60,758 nucleotides of DNA from a virus (taxonomy: Duplodnaviria > Caudoviricetes). The position numbers were made by a program, and so were the translations under genes. The stretch's first letter is position 1, and the number at the start of each line of letters is the position of its first letter. The stretch is from positions 1-60,758 of the IMG/VR virus record IMGVR_UViG_3300037520_000795; one strand, 5' to 3'. Shown piece after piece: positions 44,195-53,480 of the stretch. Below the pieces are notes generated by a model that saw only the letters and a program-made list of their open reading frames with translations, was not told the DNA's origin and searched no databases.

Positions 44195-44775
44195 TGCCGA
44201 ACCCGCTGAACCGCGCAATGGCAATAGCGTCTAAGGTGGTTGGGGAACTCCCTGTCGGGAAAGTACTTCCGCCTCCACCGCCGCCCCCTCCCGCTCCTGC
44301 CAGGGCGTTCCATCAAGCAGAGGCACCTGCTGCGAACTCTCGTCTTGACGAAGTTCTTGCTGCCGTGCAGCGAGCCATTTCCAAGCAGCCTGTTCCGGAA
44401 GGCCACTCTCGGCTGTATCGGTACGGCCCAGTGCCTGCTGACGCGTCTGGCGACGGCACGCGAACAGTGTTCGGTAAAACGTATACGCCAGAGGAGTGGG
44501 ACAAGTACCTCGCTTCTAAAGGAATACGAAACACAGAGCCGACCGGCGCTCGCGGACGGTGGTTTACGGACGTCCCAGAAGAACTTGACTACTACGTCAA
44601 GGACGCAGCTTTTCCAAAGCCCCTGTATGCCGTGGACGTTCCATCCGCAAGGCTTCCAGACATAAACGTGTCGCGCACCCCGTACTCAGAAAGTTCATCG
44701 AACCACGCGCGTGAGTTTGTGGTGCCTGACGAATACCTGACGCAAGCAAGGCGGCTTCTTGAGGGACGCCAGTAA
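44194..44775 (+). CDS. NPLN-leader protein, putative ADP-ribosyltransferase fold (R-S/T-E type)
   Basis: MPNPLNRA; RLYRYG, RWFTD, LYAVDVP, REFVVP. Confidence 0.6.
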   Translation: MPNPLNRAMAIASKVVGELPVGKVLPPPPPPPPAPARAFHQAEAPAANSRLDEVLAAVQRAISKQPVPEGHSRLYRYGPVPADASGDGTRTVFGKTYTPEEWDKYLASKGIRNTEPTGARGRWFTDVPEELDYYVKDAAFPKPLYAVDVPSARLPDINVSRTPYSESSSNHAREFVVPDEYLTQARRLLEGRQ

Positions 44776-45362
44776 TGCCGAACCCACTGAACCGAGCGGT
44801 CGGGCAGCTTGATGGGCTTCTGGCAAGGCTGGCTGGGTACAGCACACGCTCGCCTCGCGTCCACTCTGGCGTGAGGTTCAATCCGGCTGACGGTCTTGGC
44901 GGAACCCCCGACGCCGCCAACATTGACTACCGTGGCTTCCAGGCGTACATGACACCGGCTGAGTTCCTTGGGCTGAACCCGGCAAGGAATTATCCGTACG
45001 ACCATGTCCAGGAAGCCATCCGGTCTGGCCAGGAAATCAGCACGCCCATGCTGATGGTCGACCGACTCCCGAAAGGCGAGGGCTGGAAGGTGGTGGGGCA
45101 CGAAGGCCGTGGACGCATGATGTCGTTGGCCGAGCAATCCCCGGACTCCCTGTTCCCCGTTGGCGTCCACCCGTACGGAGAAGTTCGGGCCAGGAACCTT
45201 ACGCCCGACGACTTGTTCCGAGCTATCAAGCCCGAGATGGACAACTCGCGGTCTGTTGCTGTGCCGAGGATGGCAATCCTGAACAAGACGCCATACGTTC
45301 GCCCTGGGCTTGGTGACGACGAGGCCGTGGTCCGTGCTCTCCTTGAGATGCTGGGGGAATAA
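44775..45362 (+). CDS. NPLN-leader protein, ParB/Srx-like domain
   Basis: MPNPLNRA; MTPAEFL...PMLMV...VVGHEGRGR. Confidence 0.55.
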   Translation: MPNPLNRAVGQLDGLLARLAGYSTRSPRVHSGVRFNPADGLGGTPDAANIDYRGFQAYMTPAEFLGLNPARNYPYDHVQEAIRSGQEISTPMLMVDRLPKGEGWKVVGHEGRGRMMSLAEQSPDSLFPVGVHPYGEVRARNLTPDDLFRAIKPEMDNSRSVAVPRMAILNKTPYVRPGLGDDEAVVRALLEMLGE

Positions 45363-45949
45363 TGCCGAACCCACTGAACCGAGCGATGAACGTGGCGAAG
45401 TCGGTTGTTGATGCAGCCATGGCACCGGCCGCACGCAAAGTAGACCCGGCGTCCCTGCCTCCTATCCCGGAAGACTATGTGCGACTGACGCACAACACAT
45501 CTCGGGTTGATCCGTTCCAGGCCGGTGCCCCGTTCCGCTATGCCGGTGAAATCATCGACAGCAGCACGGACTCGTTCACCAACAACGAACAGGTCGCCAA
45601 CTGGGTCAGCCAAGGCAAGCGAGACAGCTTCGGCCCGCTCACCTTGCTGATGGACATGCCGATCGACGAGCACAACAAGAGGATGTGGCGGTTCGGGTGG
45701 AGTGGGTACAAGCCCGTGCCAAACAGCAACATCATCGGCCACATCGACGAGGCAGGGAAGTTCGTCCCACTCAAGGTCGACACGACCAACGCCGACCAGT
45801 ATTCGGGTCGTCTGTATCGCGAGTCAAAGGAGTCTGACTACGTTCGGCGTCTTCTCAAAGACATGGACGACGCCATTCTCGACGACTACAACCCGATCCC
45901 GCCGCCCGTCAAATACATCAGACCGCCCGGCGACCCGGACGTTTTCTAG
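45362..45949 (+). CDS. NPLN-leader protein, possible ADP-ribosyltransferase fold (H-type)
   Basis: MPNPLNRA; PIPEDYVRLTHNT, LLMDMP, PVPNSNIIG. Confidence 0.5.
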   Translation: MPNPLNRAMNVAKSVVDAAMAPAARKVDPASLPPIPEDYVRLTHNTSRVDPFQAGAPFRYAGEIIDSSTDSFTNNEQVANWVSQGKRDSFGPLTLLMDMPIDEHNKRMWRFGWSGYKPVPNSNIIGHIDEAGKFVPLKVDTTNADQYSGRLYRESKESDYVRRLLKDMDDAILDDYNPIPPPVKYIRPPGDPDVF

Positions 45950-45962
45950 GCAAGGAGCGTCA

Positions 45963-46928
45963 ATGCCCAACCCGCTCAACCGTGCGGTCGACATGGCTGG
46001 TGATGCAGTCCGCAAGATCATCGCCTACCACGGCTCTCCGCACAACTTCGACAGGTTTGATGCCAGCAAGATCGACACTGGCGAGGGCGTTCAGGCATTT
46101 GGTCACGGCCTGTATTTTGCGGGCAACGAAAGCACGGGGCAGTACTACCGCGACACGCTTGGTGGCCAAAAGATCGTTGACTACCTCGACGGGAATCCGC
46201 TCGACAGAAGCGAATACGCCAAGTATGCAACTGGCGAGGTCGCATACCCGAGCATTGACACTGAGCAGGGGGTGCTTGCAAGACTGCTTTCGACTCCAGG
46301 GTTTCCGATTCAAGGCTCGTCCTCATTGCTGGACCGGCAGATAAAGAGAATCGAAACGCCATCAAGGAGACACTCAAACTCGCTGGCCTTGCGGTTAATG
46401 GGCACCCCGTGGGAAAGCGCTTCGGTCGATGAGCTAAAAGCAGCCAGAGACATTGCGGCAAATCTAGAGAGCCGCACATCTAGCGTGCGTTCCCCGGCAG
46501 GAGTCATGTACCAAGTAGAGATTGGGCATCCGGAGTCATCTCTTCTGGATTGGGATGCGCCAATGAGTCAACAGCCCCTGCCTGTTCGCCGGGCGTTTGG
46601 TGACTCGGGCATGGACCTTCCTGGAGACGGACGCAGGGTTTACATGGACGCGGTCACGCGATTGGGGGAGGGCTTTGACGATGATGCGACTGGATTTTTG
46701 GCTGGCAAGGCTGCTGCCGAAGAGTTGCTTTCCGAGGGAATACCGGGCATCAAGTACCTAGACGGAATGTCTCGCAATCTTGGGGCAGGCAGCCGCAACT
46801 ACGTCATGTTTCCCGGCACCGAGGACTCCATCACCATCCTCCGCAAGTACGGTTTACTGCCCGCCGTAGGGGTCGGAGCGGCCTCCGCAGGGAGTGCCAT
46901 GCAAAATCCTGCGCAAGATTCGCAGTAG
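45963..46928 (+). CDS. NPLN-leader protein with a phage-virion ART-like domain (polyvalent-protein type)
   Basis: AAGGAG SD; MPNPLNRA; AYHGSPHNFDRFD...GEG.QAFGHGLYFA; GIPGIKYLD...NYVMF; hydrophobic C-terminal tail. Confidence 0.75.
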   Translation: MPNPLNRAVDMAGDAVRKIIAYHGSPHNFDRFDASKIDTGEGVQAFGHGLYFAGNESTGQYYRDTLGGQKIVDYLDGNPLDRSEYAKYATGEVAYPSIDTEQGVLARLLSTPGFPIQGSSSLLDRQIKRIETPSRRHSNSLALRLMGTPWESASVDELKAARDIAANLESRTSSVRSPAGVMYQVEIGHPESSLLDWDAPMSQQPLPVRRAFGDSGMDLPGDGRRVYMDAVTRLGEGFDDDATGFLAGKAAAEELLSEGIPGIKYLDGMSRNLGAGSRNYVMFPGTEDSITILRKYGLLPAVGVGAASAGSAMQNPAQDSQ

Positions 46929-46930
46929 CT

Positions 46931-46949
46931 GGACATTAGGCAGGTAGGA
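46931..46949 (+). promoter_or_regulatory. Candidate late-promoter motif GGACATT-N-GTAGGA
   Basis: 30 nt upstream of the scaffold ATG, too far to be an SD. Confidence 0.55.
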
Positions 46950-46978
46950 ACCAATCCCCCCGAAAGGATTCCAAGCCA

Positions 46979-48049
46979 ATGTCCATCGAAGACTCCATCA
47001 CTTCCGACGCGACGAGCGAATCGCTCGGCTCCCAGGATGCCGGTGTTTCCGGTTTCTCTGGGGCTGACGCTGGCTCGCAGGCCCCGCAGTCGAACGACCA
47101 ATCGGCCGGTTCTTCTGCCGGTGGCTTCAGTACTCCGTACGAAGCGTTCCGGCATCTCCCCGACTTTCAGGGCAAGGACGACCTTGCGATCGCGCGGGAC
47201 TTGTACAAGGCCCATGCGGAGCGGCAGGAGCTTTCCCGGCAACTCAACCAGTTTCAGACGTTGCTTCCGGCCACGCAGGACTACGTTCGCCATGAGCGTG
47301 AGTTCCAGGCGTGGAAGCAAGCCCAGGCCGAAGCGGCGCGGCCCAGGGCTCCGGAGCAGCCGAAGTGGTGGAATCCGCCGAAGGTCGAGGATTCGTGGAA
47401 GAGTTACATCGTCCGCGATCCCCAGACCGGGAGGGAGGTGATCTCGCCTGACGCCCCGTACGAAGCCCAGCAGGCTCTGCGTCAATACCAGAGCTACACG
47501 GCTGACTTCGTCCGACGCTTCGCCACCGACCCCGAGTCGACGCTGAAGCCGTTCGTGGAGCAGGTCGCCGTCCAGAAGGCCCAGGAGATGGTGCAGAACC
47601 ATCTCAACCAGTACGCCACCACGAACTACGTCCAGGACCTGAACCGGCAGAACGCGGACTGGCTCTACGACGACCAGGGCCGCACGACCCAGGCCGGTCA
47701 GGCGATCTCGCACTACATCAACGAAGCCGCCAGCATGGGCATCCAATCGGCCCAGGACCGTTGGCGGTACGCGACGGGCTCGCTCCAGCGTGACCTGCTC
47801 GCGGCCCAATACCAGCGAGTCATGGCTGGCCAGCAGGCCCCCCAGGCTCAGCCGCAATCCATCCCGCAGGCCCCAGTGGGCGTCCAGCAGCAGGACGACG
47901 CCGCGGCTCGCGACATGCAGTTTCTTCGGGAACGGGCGATGCACGCCCCGAACCGAAGTGGTGGCTCAACTGAACCGAGGGCACCGCGCCCCCGGCAGAG
48001 TTTCAATGATCGACTTCGCTCCCAACTTGAGCATGACGGAGTAATCTGA
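46979..48049 (+). CDS. Capsid scaffolding protein (putative)
   Basis: Acidic Ser-rich N-terminus, helical Gln-rich body, immediately upstream of the capsid gene. Confidence 0.65.
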   Translation: MSIEDSITSDATSESLGSQDAGVSGFSGADAGSQAPQSNDQSAGSSAGGFSTPYEAFRHLPDFQGKDDLAIARDLYKAHAERQELSRQLNQFQTLLPATQDYVRHEREFQAWKQAQAEAARPRAPEQPKWWNPPKVEDSWKSYIVRDPQTGREVISPDAPYEAQQALRQYQSYTADFVRRFATDPESTLKPFVEQVAVQKAQEMVQNHLNQYATTNYVQDLNRQNADWLYDDQGRTTQAGQAISHYINEAASMGIQSAQDRWRYATGSLQRDLLAAQYQRVMAGQQAPQAQPQSIPQAPVGVQQQDDAAARDMQFLRERAMHAPNRSGGSTEPRAPRPRQSFNDRLRSQLEHDGVI

Positions 48050-48051
48050 CA

Positions 48052-49164
48052 ATGAGTTCTAATGTTGACTGGGCACGTTCCATTGCCACGACCATTGTCA
48101 ACCATCTCCGCGAGGAGGAGGTTGCATCGCTCCGTAAGTACAAGGTTTTCTCGCTGATCGAGGGTTCCGGCAACGTCCGGACCAACGAGGCTGGGCGAGG
48201 TTTCGACTGGGAAATCCAGTACAGGAATCACACTCCGTCCGGCAATAACGGCGAGACTCCTCGTTCGTTCGCTCGCCAGAACCTGTGGAAGCGGGTTGAG
48301 CTGGAGTACAGAGGAGCACAAGTCACGGACGCGATCTACAAGCGCGAGATGCTTGAGAACCGTTCGTCTTCTGCCCTGGTCAACGTCGCCGGGAAGATGG
48401 CTTCCCGCCTCCTGACGTCGATGGAGCAGTATCTGGCGCGTGAGTGGGTCCAGGACGGTTACGCCAGTGGCAACGAGCTTCGGTTCCACGGGACCGAGTC
48501 GTTCATGGGCGTGAACGGCACTGTCAACATCGCGGACGGCACGCAGCGTTCGGCCAATGCCGCCGATCCCTTCGGTTACCCGAGCGACACCTACGGCGGT
48601 CTCTCGACCGTCCTGGGTTCGTACGGTGGATCGCAGGCTTCCGGCAGCGTGTGGCCGAACGGGTACGCCGATCCGGAGTTCGACTTCTTCTCTCCTGTGA
48701 TCGTCAACTTCACCTCGACCTACTTCGGTGGGTCGACTTGGAGTGCGAACTGCACCAAGGCTCTCCGCGAGGCGATCCACCAGACTCGCCGCAACGACAG
48801 CAAGGAAGACCAGATCGACACCGTGTTCCTGGATCGTCGACTCTTCATCGACTTCCTCAACACGCTCGACGCCAAGGAGCGAGTGATCGTCAGCCGCACC
48901 AACGGCCTCCGGTCCTACGGCTTCACGGACGTCTTCGAACTCGACGGCGTCGAGGTGTCTTCGGAGAACTCTGTGCCGGTGAACACTGGGTACGGAATGG
49001 CCATGGGCAATGTTGAGTTGCTCTGTATGGAAGGCCAGCTTCTGAACTCTGAGGGTCCGTTCTACGACGAAATCACGCAGCAGTTCCGCTACGTGGTGTC
49101 GTGCCTCGGCAACCTCAAGTTTAAGTCACCGAGGAACTTCTTTAAGCTCCAGGCCCTTGCTTGA
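48052..49164 (+). CDS. Major capsid protein
   Basis: 370 aa; strong codon bias; position after the scaffold; G...F.G motif and C-terminal GNL...PR. Confidence 0.8.
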   Translation: MSSNVDWARSIATTIVNHLREEEVASLRKYKVFSLIEGSGNVRTNEAGRGFDWEIQYRNHTPSGNNGETPRSFARQNLWKRVELEYRGAQVTDAIYKREMLENRSSSALVNVAGKMASRLLTSMEQYLAREWVQDGYASGNELRFHGTESFMGVNGTVNIADGTQRSANAADPFGYPSDTYGGLSTVLGSYGGSQASGSVWPNGYADPEFDFFSPVIVNFTSTYFGGSTWSANCTKALREAIHQTRRNDSKEDQIDTVFLDRRLFIDFLNTLDAKERVIVSRTNGLRSYGFTDVFELDGVEVSSENSVPVNTGYGMAMGNVELLCMEGQLLNSEGPFYDEITQQFRYVVSCLGNLKFKSPRNFFKLQALA

Positions 49165-49200
49165 TCTCTGCGGTAATCTCTCTCACAGGAACCAGATCGA

Positions 49201-49791
49201 ATGAGTACGATGTACGAAGACCCGCCGTTCCCGCTGGGTCAAGTCCTTGGCACCACGACTCCGAGCGACATCCTGGTCAGCCCGTCTGTTCCGGTGGGGA
49301 GCAACGTCTACGGAATGGTCAAGCTGTTCCCGGACGTCAACCCGATCACCGGTCGCGTTCGGAGCAACCGGATCAAGAAGTGCCTCGCCGTCCGGAACTC
49401 GTCTGGCATCACGCTGGCTGCCAAGCGTCTTGTCTCGCTGAAGTCCGGCTCGCTCCATGAGGTCGACGGTTACGGTTTCCGTACCGATGGCATCGTGAGC
49501 GGCGTGGTGGACGAGTACCTGTCGGGCGGTTGCCCGGCCGGTGAGGTGTGCTGGATCACGATCGAGGGTCCCACGGAAGTCTCGCTTGGCCTTGCCTCGC
49601 AGGCTGCTGCGGACACCGACCTTGTGGCCCTCACCTCGGCGGCTTCGACGGATGCTTCGACGGCCGGTCGTGCCCAGACGGCGAACGTCACCACGGTGGC
49701 TCAGCTTCGTTCTGTGTTCGGCCGGGCTCTTTCCGCGAGTGCGACCACGGCGGCTGACGTCCTGGCTTCTGTGTTCCTCTCTCGGAGGTGA
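49201..49791 (+). CDS. Capsid decoration/cement protein (putative)
   Basis: Follows the capsid gene; FPLG, GVVDEYL and CWITIEGP motifs. Confidence 0.55.
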   Translation: MSTMYEDPPFPLGQVLGTTTPSDILVSPSVPVGSNVYGMVKLFPDVNPITGRVRSNRIKKCLAVRNSSGITLAAKRLVSLKSGSLHEVDGYGFRTDGIVSGVVDEYLSGGCPAGEVCWITIEGPTEVSLGLASQAAADTDLVALTSAASTDASTAGRAQTANVTTVAQLRSVFGRALSASATTAADVLASVFLSRR

Positions 49792-49794
49792 TGT

Positions 49795-50061
49795 ATGCCC
49801 CTTTCGTCCAATGACACGCGAGCAAACCTCATCATCGGGCTGGCCGACCGCCAGCTTGGTGAGGAGGTTCATGACTCGCTTCGCCACACCACGGGCGCTA
49901 CCAACGCCCTTACAGTCGGTGCAACTACCACTCGGCTTGGTGTGGCGGGTGGGACGGTGGCGTTCTTCGGCGGGACGGGCTCTACTCGGGCCTCCTCGAC
50001 CGGCGTCACTGATGTGGCTGGGCTTGTGACCGTGCTTCGCAACTACGGCCTGTTTTCGTGA
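49795..50061 (+). CDS. Small virion protein
   Basis: GGAGG SD; VAFFG...LRNYGL. Confidence 0.65.
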   Translation: MPLSSNDTRANLIIGLADRQLGEEVHDSLRHTTGATNALTVGATTTRLGVAGGTVAFFGGTGSTRASSTGVTDVAGLVTVLRNYGLFS

Positions 50062-50092
50062 CACAGCCCCTTACCGGGGGCTTTCGGGGGGG

Positions 50093-50132
50093 AGCCCCTG
50101 GTTGGGAAACCGGCCAGGGGCTTTTCTCTTTT
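50093..50132 (+). terminator. Rho-independent terminator after the capsid genes
   Basis: agcccctggttgg-gaaa-ccggccaggggct followed by a T-rich tract. Confidence 0.8.
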
Positions 50133-50148
50133 CTGGAAAGTGAGAAAC

Positions 50149-50307
50149 ATGCCAGAGCCTTCCGCCATCCAGAACATGGACTTCCTTCGCCAGCTTCTTG
50201 AGCGGGCCAAGCAAGACCCCCAGATCATGGACATGCTTCGCTTGAGGATGCTTCAGGGGTCCGGACTTGGCCTGGACGCCGTCGCTCGCCTGCGGGGTGA
50301 CCAATGA
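50149..50307 (+). CDS. Small hypothetical protein (52 aa), not in the ORF track
   Basis: MPEPSAIQNMDFLRQLLERAK...; ATGA coupling. Confidence 0.55.
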   Translation: MPEPSAIQNMDFLRQLLERAKQDPQIMDMLRLRMLQGSGLGLDAVARLRGDQ

Positions 50308-50786
50308 ACCCGCTCGACGGCTTGATGGGCGACGGGAAGCCCAGCCCGTTTGTCATGGTCTCCGACGAGCGGAAGCCAGCCGCCGAGATGTCGCTTCGCA
50401 ATCTGATCGCGGAGTACCTCGCCTACCAAGAGGAGATGGGCCGGGAAGACGCTCTGCCGTCAGACGACTCCCCGGAAGGCATCCAAGCCTGGAATGAACG
50501 GATGGCCCGCACAAAGGACGTAGGCAAGGAAGCCGCTGGTCGCCTGGGGGTCTACTGGAACGACTTCGTGATGGGGGCTCCCATTGGCGTGTGGAAGCAG
50601 AGCACCGTCCACAACGACGATCTCCTCATGAACCGCAAGCCCACGTTCGGGACCAACGGTGTGATCTCCGCCCCAACGGACCGCTTGATCCCGCGAAGGA
50701 GAAACTCCAACACCAAGGTCTTCCGTCTGCCGGTTGACCGCGGCAAGCTGCCGTCGAATCCCCACCCCGATCAGAACAAAACGTGA
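50304..50786 (+). CDS. Hypothetical protein with an MNPLDGL leader
   Basis: Coupled ORF; leader resembles the NPLN family. Confidence 0.65.
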   Translation: MNPLDGLMGDGKPSPFVMVSDERKPAAEMSLRNLIAEYLAYQEEMGREDALPSDDSPEGIQAWNERMARTKDVGKEAAGRLGVYWNDFVMGAPIGVWKQSTVHNDDLLMNRKPTFGTNGVISAPTDRLIPRRRNSNTKVFRLPVDRGKLPSNPHPDQNKT

Positions 50787-50793
50787 GGCAGCA

Positions 50794-51450
50794 ATGATAA
50801 AGGCCATGTCTTCCTACACGGGATCGCAGCAGCCCCAGAGCGGCGGATACCAGTCGGTCTACAGTCAGAGTGGTGGGCCGAGTGCCTACACTCCCAAGCC
50901 CCAGGCTCCCAAGCGGAAGGCTGCTCCTGGTGATGTGTACTCCGCTCGCCGTGCCTGGAAGCAGGCTGGGGGAACCGGCGACTGGCGGGCCTACATGCCT
51001 GGGGCTGGCGGATACCAGAACGCCCCGCTGGCCGAACCGGGCGGAATGTCGATGCCAGCGTACGCCCCTCCCTCGCAGCCTGGGACCCGAGGCGGTGCTG
51101 CCACCCCCGGCCTGTTGGATGGAGGCTGGGGGCAGCCGAACGCTCGGCCCAGCAGCCCGATCCCTCCTTACGCCGCTGCCCTTCCTCAAGGTGGGTTCAA
51201 CGCGTCGTACGGCCAGCTTGGCGGTGGCTACGGCTCCACGCCCGACTTCAATCGCCGGGACGCGTTCATCAACAACATCAACGAGACCATGGCCGGGTAT
51301 CAGGGGAACCAGGGAACCTACCAGGGGAACGACACTCCACCGGCCACATGGGGTCAGGCCCCGCAGTTTGACTTCCCTGCCCTGTGGAAGCAGGCGGGCA
51401 ACATGGTCCAGAGCGGCTGGCAGAACCCGCTGCTCGGACTGCTCGGGTAA
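50794..51450 (+). CDS. Gly/Pro/Gln-rich hypothetical virion protein
   Basis: Low-complexity sequence ending in QNPLLGLLG. Confidence 0.65.
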   Translation: MIKAMSSYTGSQQPQSGGYQSVYSQSGGPSAYTPKPQAPKRKAAPGDVYSARRAWKQAGGTGDWRAYMPGAGGYQNAPLAEPGGMSMPAYAPPSQPGTRGGAATPGLLDGGWGQPNARPSSPIPPYAAALPQGGFNASYGQLGGGYGSTPDFNRRDAFINNINETMAGYQGNQGTYQGNDTPPATWGQAPQFDFPALWKQAGNMVQSGWQNPLLGLLG

Positions 51451-51493
51451 GTGCTATACTTCCGTCCACTCCAACCCCCCCCGAGGAGAGACG

Positions 51494-52945
51494 ATGATCC
51501 AGAAGTTCAAGGTCGGTATCTGCACGTTCAGCTACGGCGGCAATGGAGGCATCTCCTCCGAGGTGCCCGACATCCGGGAGTGGATGATCCCCCTGGTGGC
51601 TTCGGCCCAGTCCGACCCTCGCATTGACGCCATCCAGGTCTGGAACCTGTCCGACACGCCGATCACCATGACCCGCAACCGGGCAGTGATCCAGGCTCGC
51701 CAGAACGGCTGCGACTTCCTGCTCATGGTCGACTCCGACATGAAGCCGGACCTGTACTTCGGCTCCGACCCCCTGGCCCAGCAGTTCTTCCAGTCGTCCT
51801 TCGACTTCCTGGCCAAGCACTACCACAAGGGCCCGGCGTGCGTCGGTGCCCCGTACTGTGGGCCCCCGCCGAACGAGTGCGTCTACGTGTTCCGTTGGGC
51901 GAACTTCCAGAACGAGAACCCGAATCCGGACTTTGCCCTGGAGATGTACGACCGCCACACTGCCGCCAAGCTGGCTGGCATCCAAGAGTGTGCGGCTCTC
52001 CCGACCGGCCTGCTCATGTACGACATGCGGCTGTTCGACATCACCGAGCCGAAGCAAGAGGGTGACAAGCCCTGGTTCTACTACGAATGGAAGGACGTCT
52101 ACTGCTCGGAGAAGGCGTCGACCGAGGACGTCACCAACACCCGAGACCTGTCCCTCGTTGGCACGCAGAAGCTGGGGTACAACCCCGTGTTCTGCAACTG
52201 GGACGCCTGGGCCGGTCACTGGAAGCCGAAGTGCGTCGGCAAGCCCACGCCCGTGGACGCAAGTGCCATCGCCTCCAAGCTCAAGGAGTCATGGGAGGCT
52301 GGGTACGACGGCAGTACCAAGCTCCTCGACCTTCGGCCCATCGACAGTCCGGTCGTGCCCAAGGGCGAGATGACTCGGCCCACCGCCCTGTCCCTGCTCC
52401 CGGACGGGTTCGACGACATGGGCATGGGGCTTCCGGCCCAGGATGCCGACGCTCTCCGGACCATGATCGAGCGGTTCAAGGAGCAGTTCGGGTACGCCCC
52501 ACGTGTCCTTGAGATCGGATCGTGGGCTGGCAAGTCAGCCATCATCATGGTCGAGTCCGGTGCCGCCTGCGTCCACTGCATCGACACCTGGGAGGGCTCC
52601 AAGAACGACGACGGAACGAAGGCATACACCGGTGCCGTCCCTCCCATCCAGGTGTTCTTCGACAACACCGAGGCGTACAGGCGTCAACTGAAGATCAAGT
52701 GGTCCAAGGCTCGCTCGCCCGACATCGCCAAGAACTTCACCTATCCCCCGGTCCCGCACGACATCGTCTACATCGACGCCGAGCATGACTACGACTCGGT
52801 CATGGCAGACATCGCGGCGTGGCGTCCGATCGTCAAGTGGGTTGCCGGTCACGACTACCACTCCTTCGAAGGCGTGCGTAAGGCCGTGGCCGATTCCGGA
52901 CTTGTCCCAGAGGTGCATGGAAATGTCTGGTGGGCCACACCTTGA
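51494..52945 (+). CDS. Glycosyltransferase (GT-A-like) fused to a class I SAM methyltransferase
   Basis: RN...A...DFLLMVDSD (DxD), TGLLM and TED motifs; C-terminal EIGSWAGKS, IDAEHDY and AGHDY; GAGGAG SD and an upstream TGcTATACT. Confidence 0.8.
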   Translation: MIQKFKVGICTFSYGGNGGISSEVPDIREWMIPLVASAQSDPRIDAIQVWNLSDTPITMTRNRAVIQARQNGCDFLLMVDSDMKPDLYFGSDPLAQQFFQSSFDFLAKHYHKGPACVGAPYCGPPPNECVYVFRWANFQNENPNPDFALEMYDRHTAAKLAGIQECAALPTGLLMYDMRLFDITEPKQEGDKPWFYYEWKDVYCSEKASTEDVTNTRDLSLVGTQKLGYNPVFCNWDAWAGHWKPKCVGKPTPVDASAIASKLKESWEAGYDGSTKLLDLRPIDSPVVPKGEMTRPTALSLLPDGFDDMGMGLPAQDADALRTMIERFKEQFGYAPRVLEIGSWAGKSAIIMVESGAACVHCIDTWEGSKNDDGTKAYTGAVPPIQVFFDNTEAYRRQLKIKWSKARSPDIAKNFTYPPVPHDIVYIDAEHDYDSVMADIAAWRPIVKWVAGHDYHSFEGVRKAVADSGLVPEVHGNVWWATP

Positions 52946-53480
52946 GCGGCGGGCTTGCCTGACTTGCGGCAAGACCTACGCCCTGGAGCCTAGGTTCTGG
53001 CACAAGGCCAAGGATGGCTTTCACGCCCACTGCAAGCGGTGCCGCAACGGCAGCATCAAGAAGAAGCGTGCCGCCAAGCGGAACGAGAAGCTTGAGGAAA
53101 TCGAGAAGGGTGCCGTCGATCTCTTCCTGGCATCGGCTCGGGTGGGGGGTGCCAACATCCCTCACTCGGCCGAACTGCTGGAAGTGCTCATGCGGTACTT
53201 CGGTGGGGCTGGCGGGTTTGCCAACGCCTACATGAAGCAGTTCTTCGACGCTCCATCCGGCGGTGCGTTCCGAACCAAGATGCTCGACACGGTGGTTCGC
53301 TTGGTCCAGGCCAACACCGCCATGGGTGGAGCCCAGAAGCCGCTGGAGTTCTGGACTGAAGAAGAACTCCAGAACGAACTGAAGAAGAAGCTGCTGCTTG
53401 CGGCCCAGGGCATGAAGCTCATCGAGGTCACCCCAGAGCCTGTCTCCGCACCGGCTGAGCCCGAGCGAGAGACGGCATGA
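52917..53480 (+). CDS. Putative terminase small subunit / zinc-finger protein
   Basis: CLTC...CKRC; directly upstream of TerL; C-terminal TEEELQNEL. Confidence 0.55.
   Translation: MEMSGGPHLERRACLTCGKTYALEPRFWHKAKDGFHAHCKRCRNGSIKKKRAAKRNEKLEEIEKGAVDLFLASARVGGANIPHSAELLEVLMRYFGGAGGFANAYMKQFFDAPSGGAFRTKMLDTVVRLVQANTAMGGAQKPLEFWTEEELQNELKKKLLLAAQGMKLIEVTPEPVSAPAEPERETA

Noticed and set aside
44192-45990. Regularly spaced 26-bp repeats as a CRISPR array or integron attC sites
   Set aside because: Spacing is about 590 bp of coding sequence, the repeats encode the protein leader and are not palindromic, and there is no cas gene or integron integrase.
50870-51493. N-terminal extension of the glycosyltransferase ORF given in the track; likewise extensions at 22755, 45702, 57050 and 32807
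   Set aside because: They overlap better-supported genes, and SD sites, coupling or a required N-terminal Cys point to the downstream starts.
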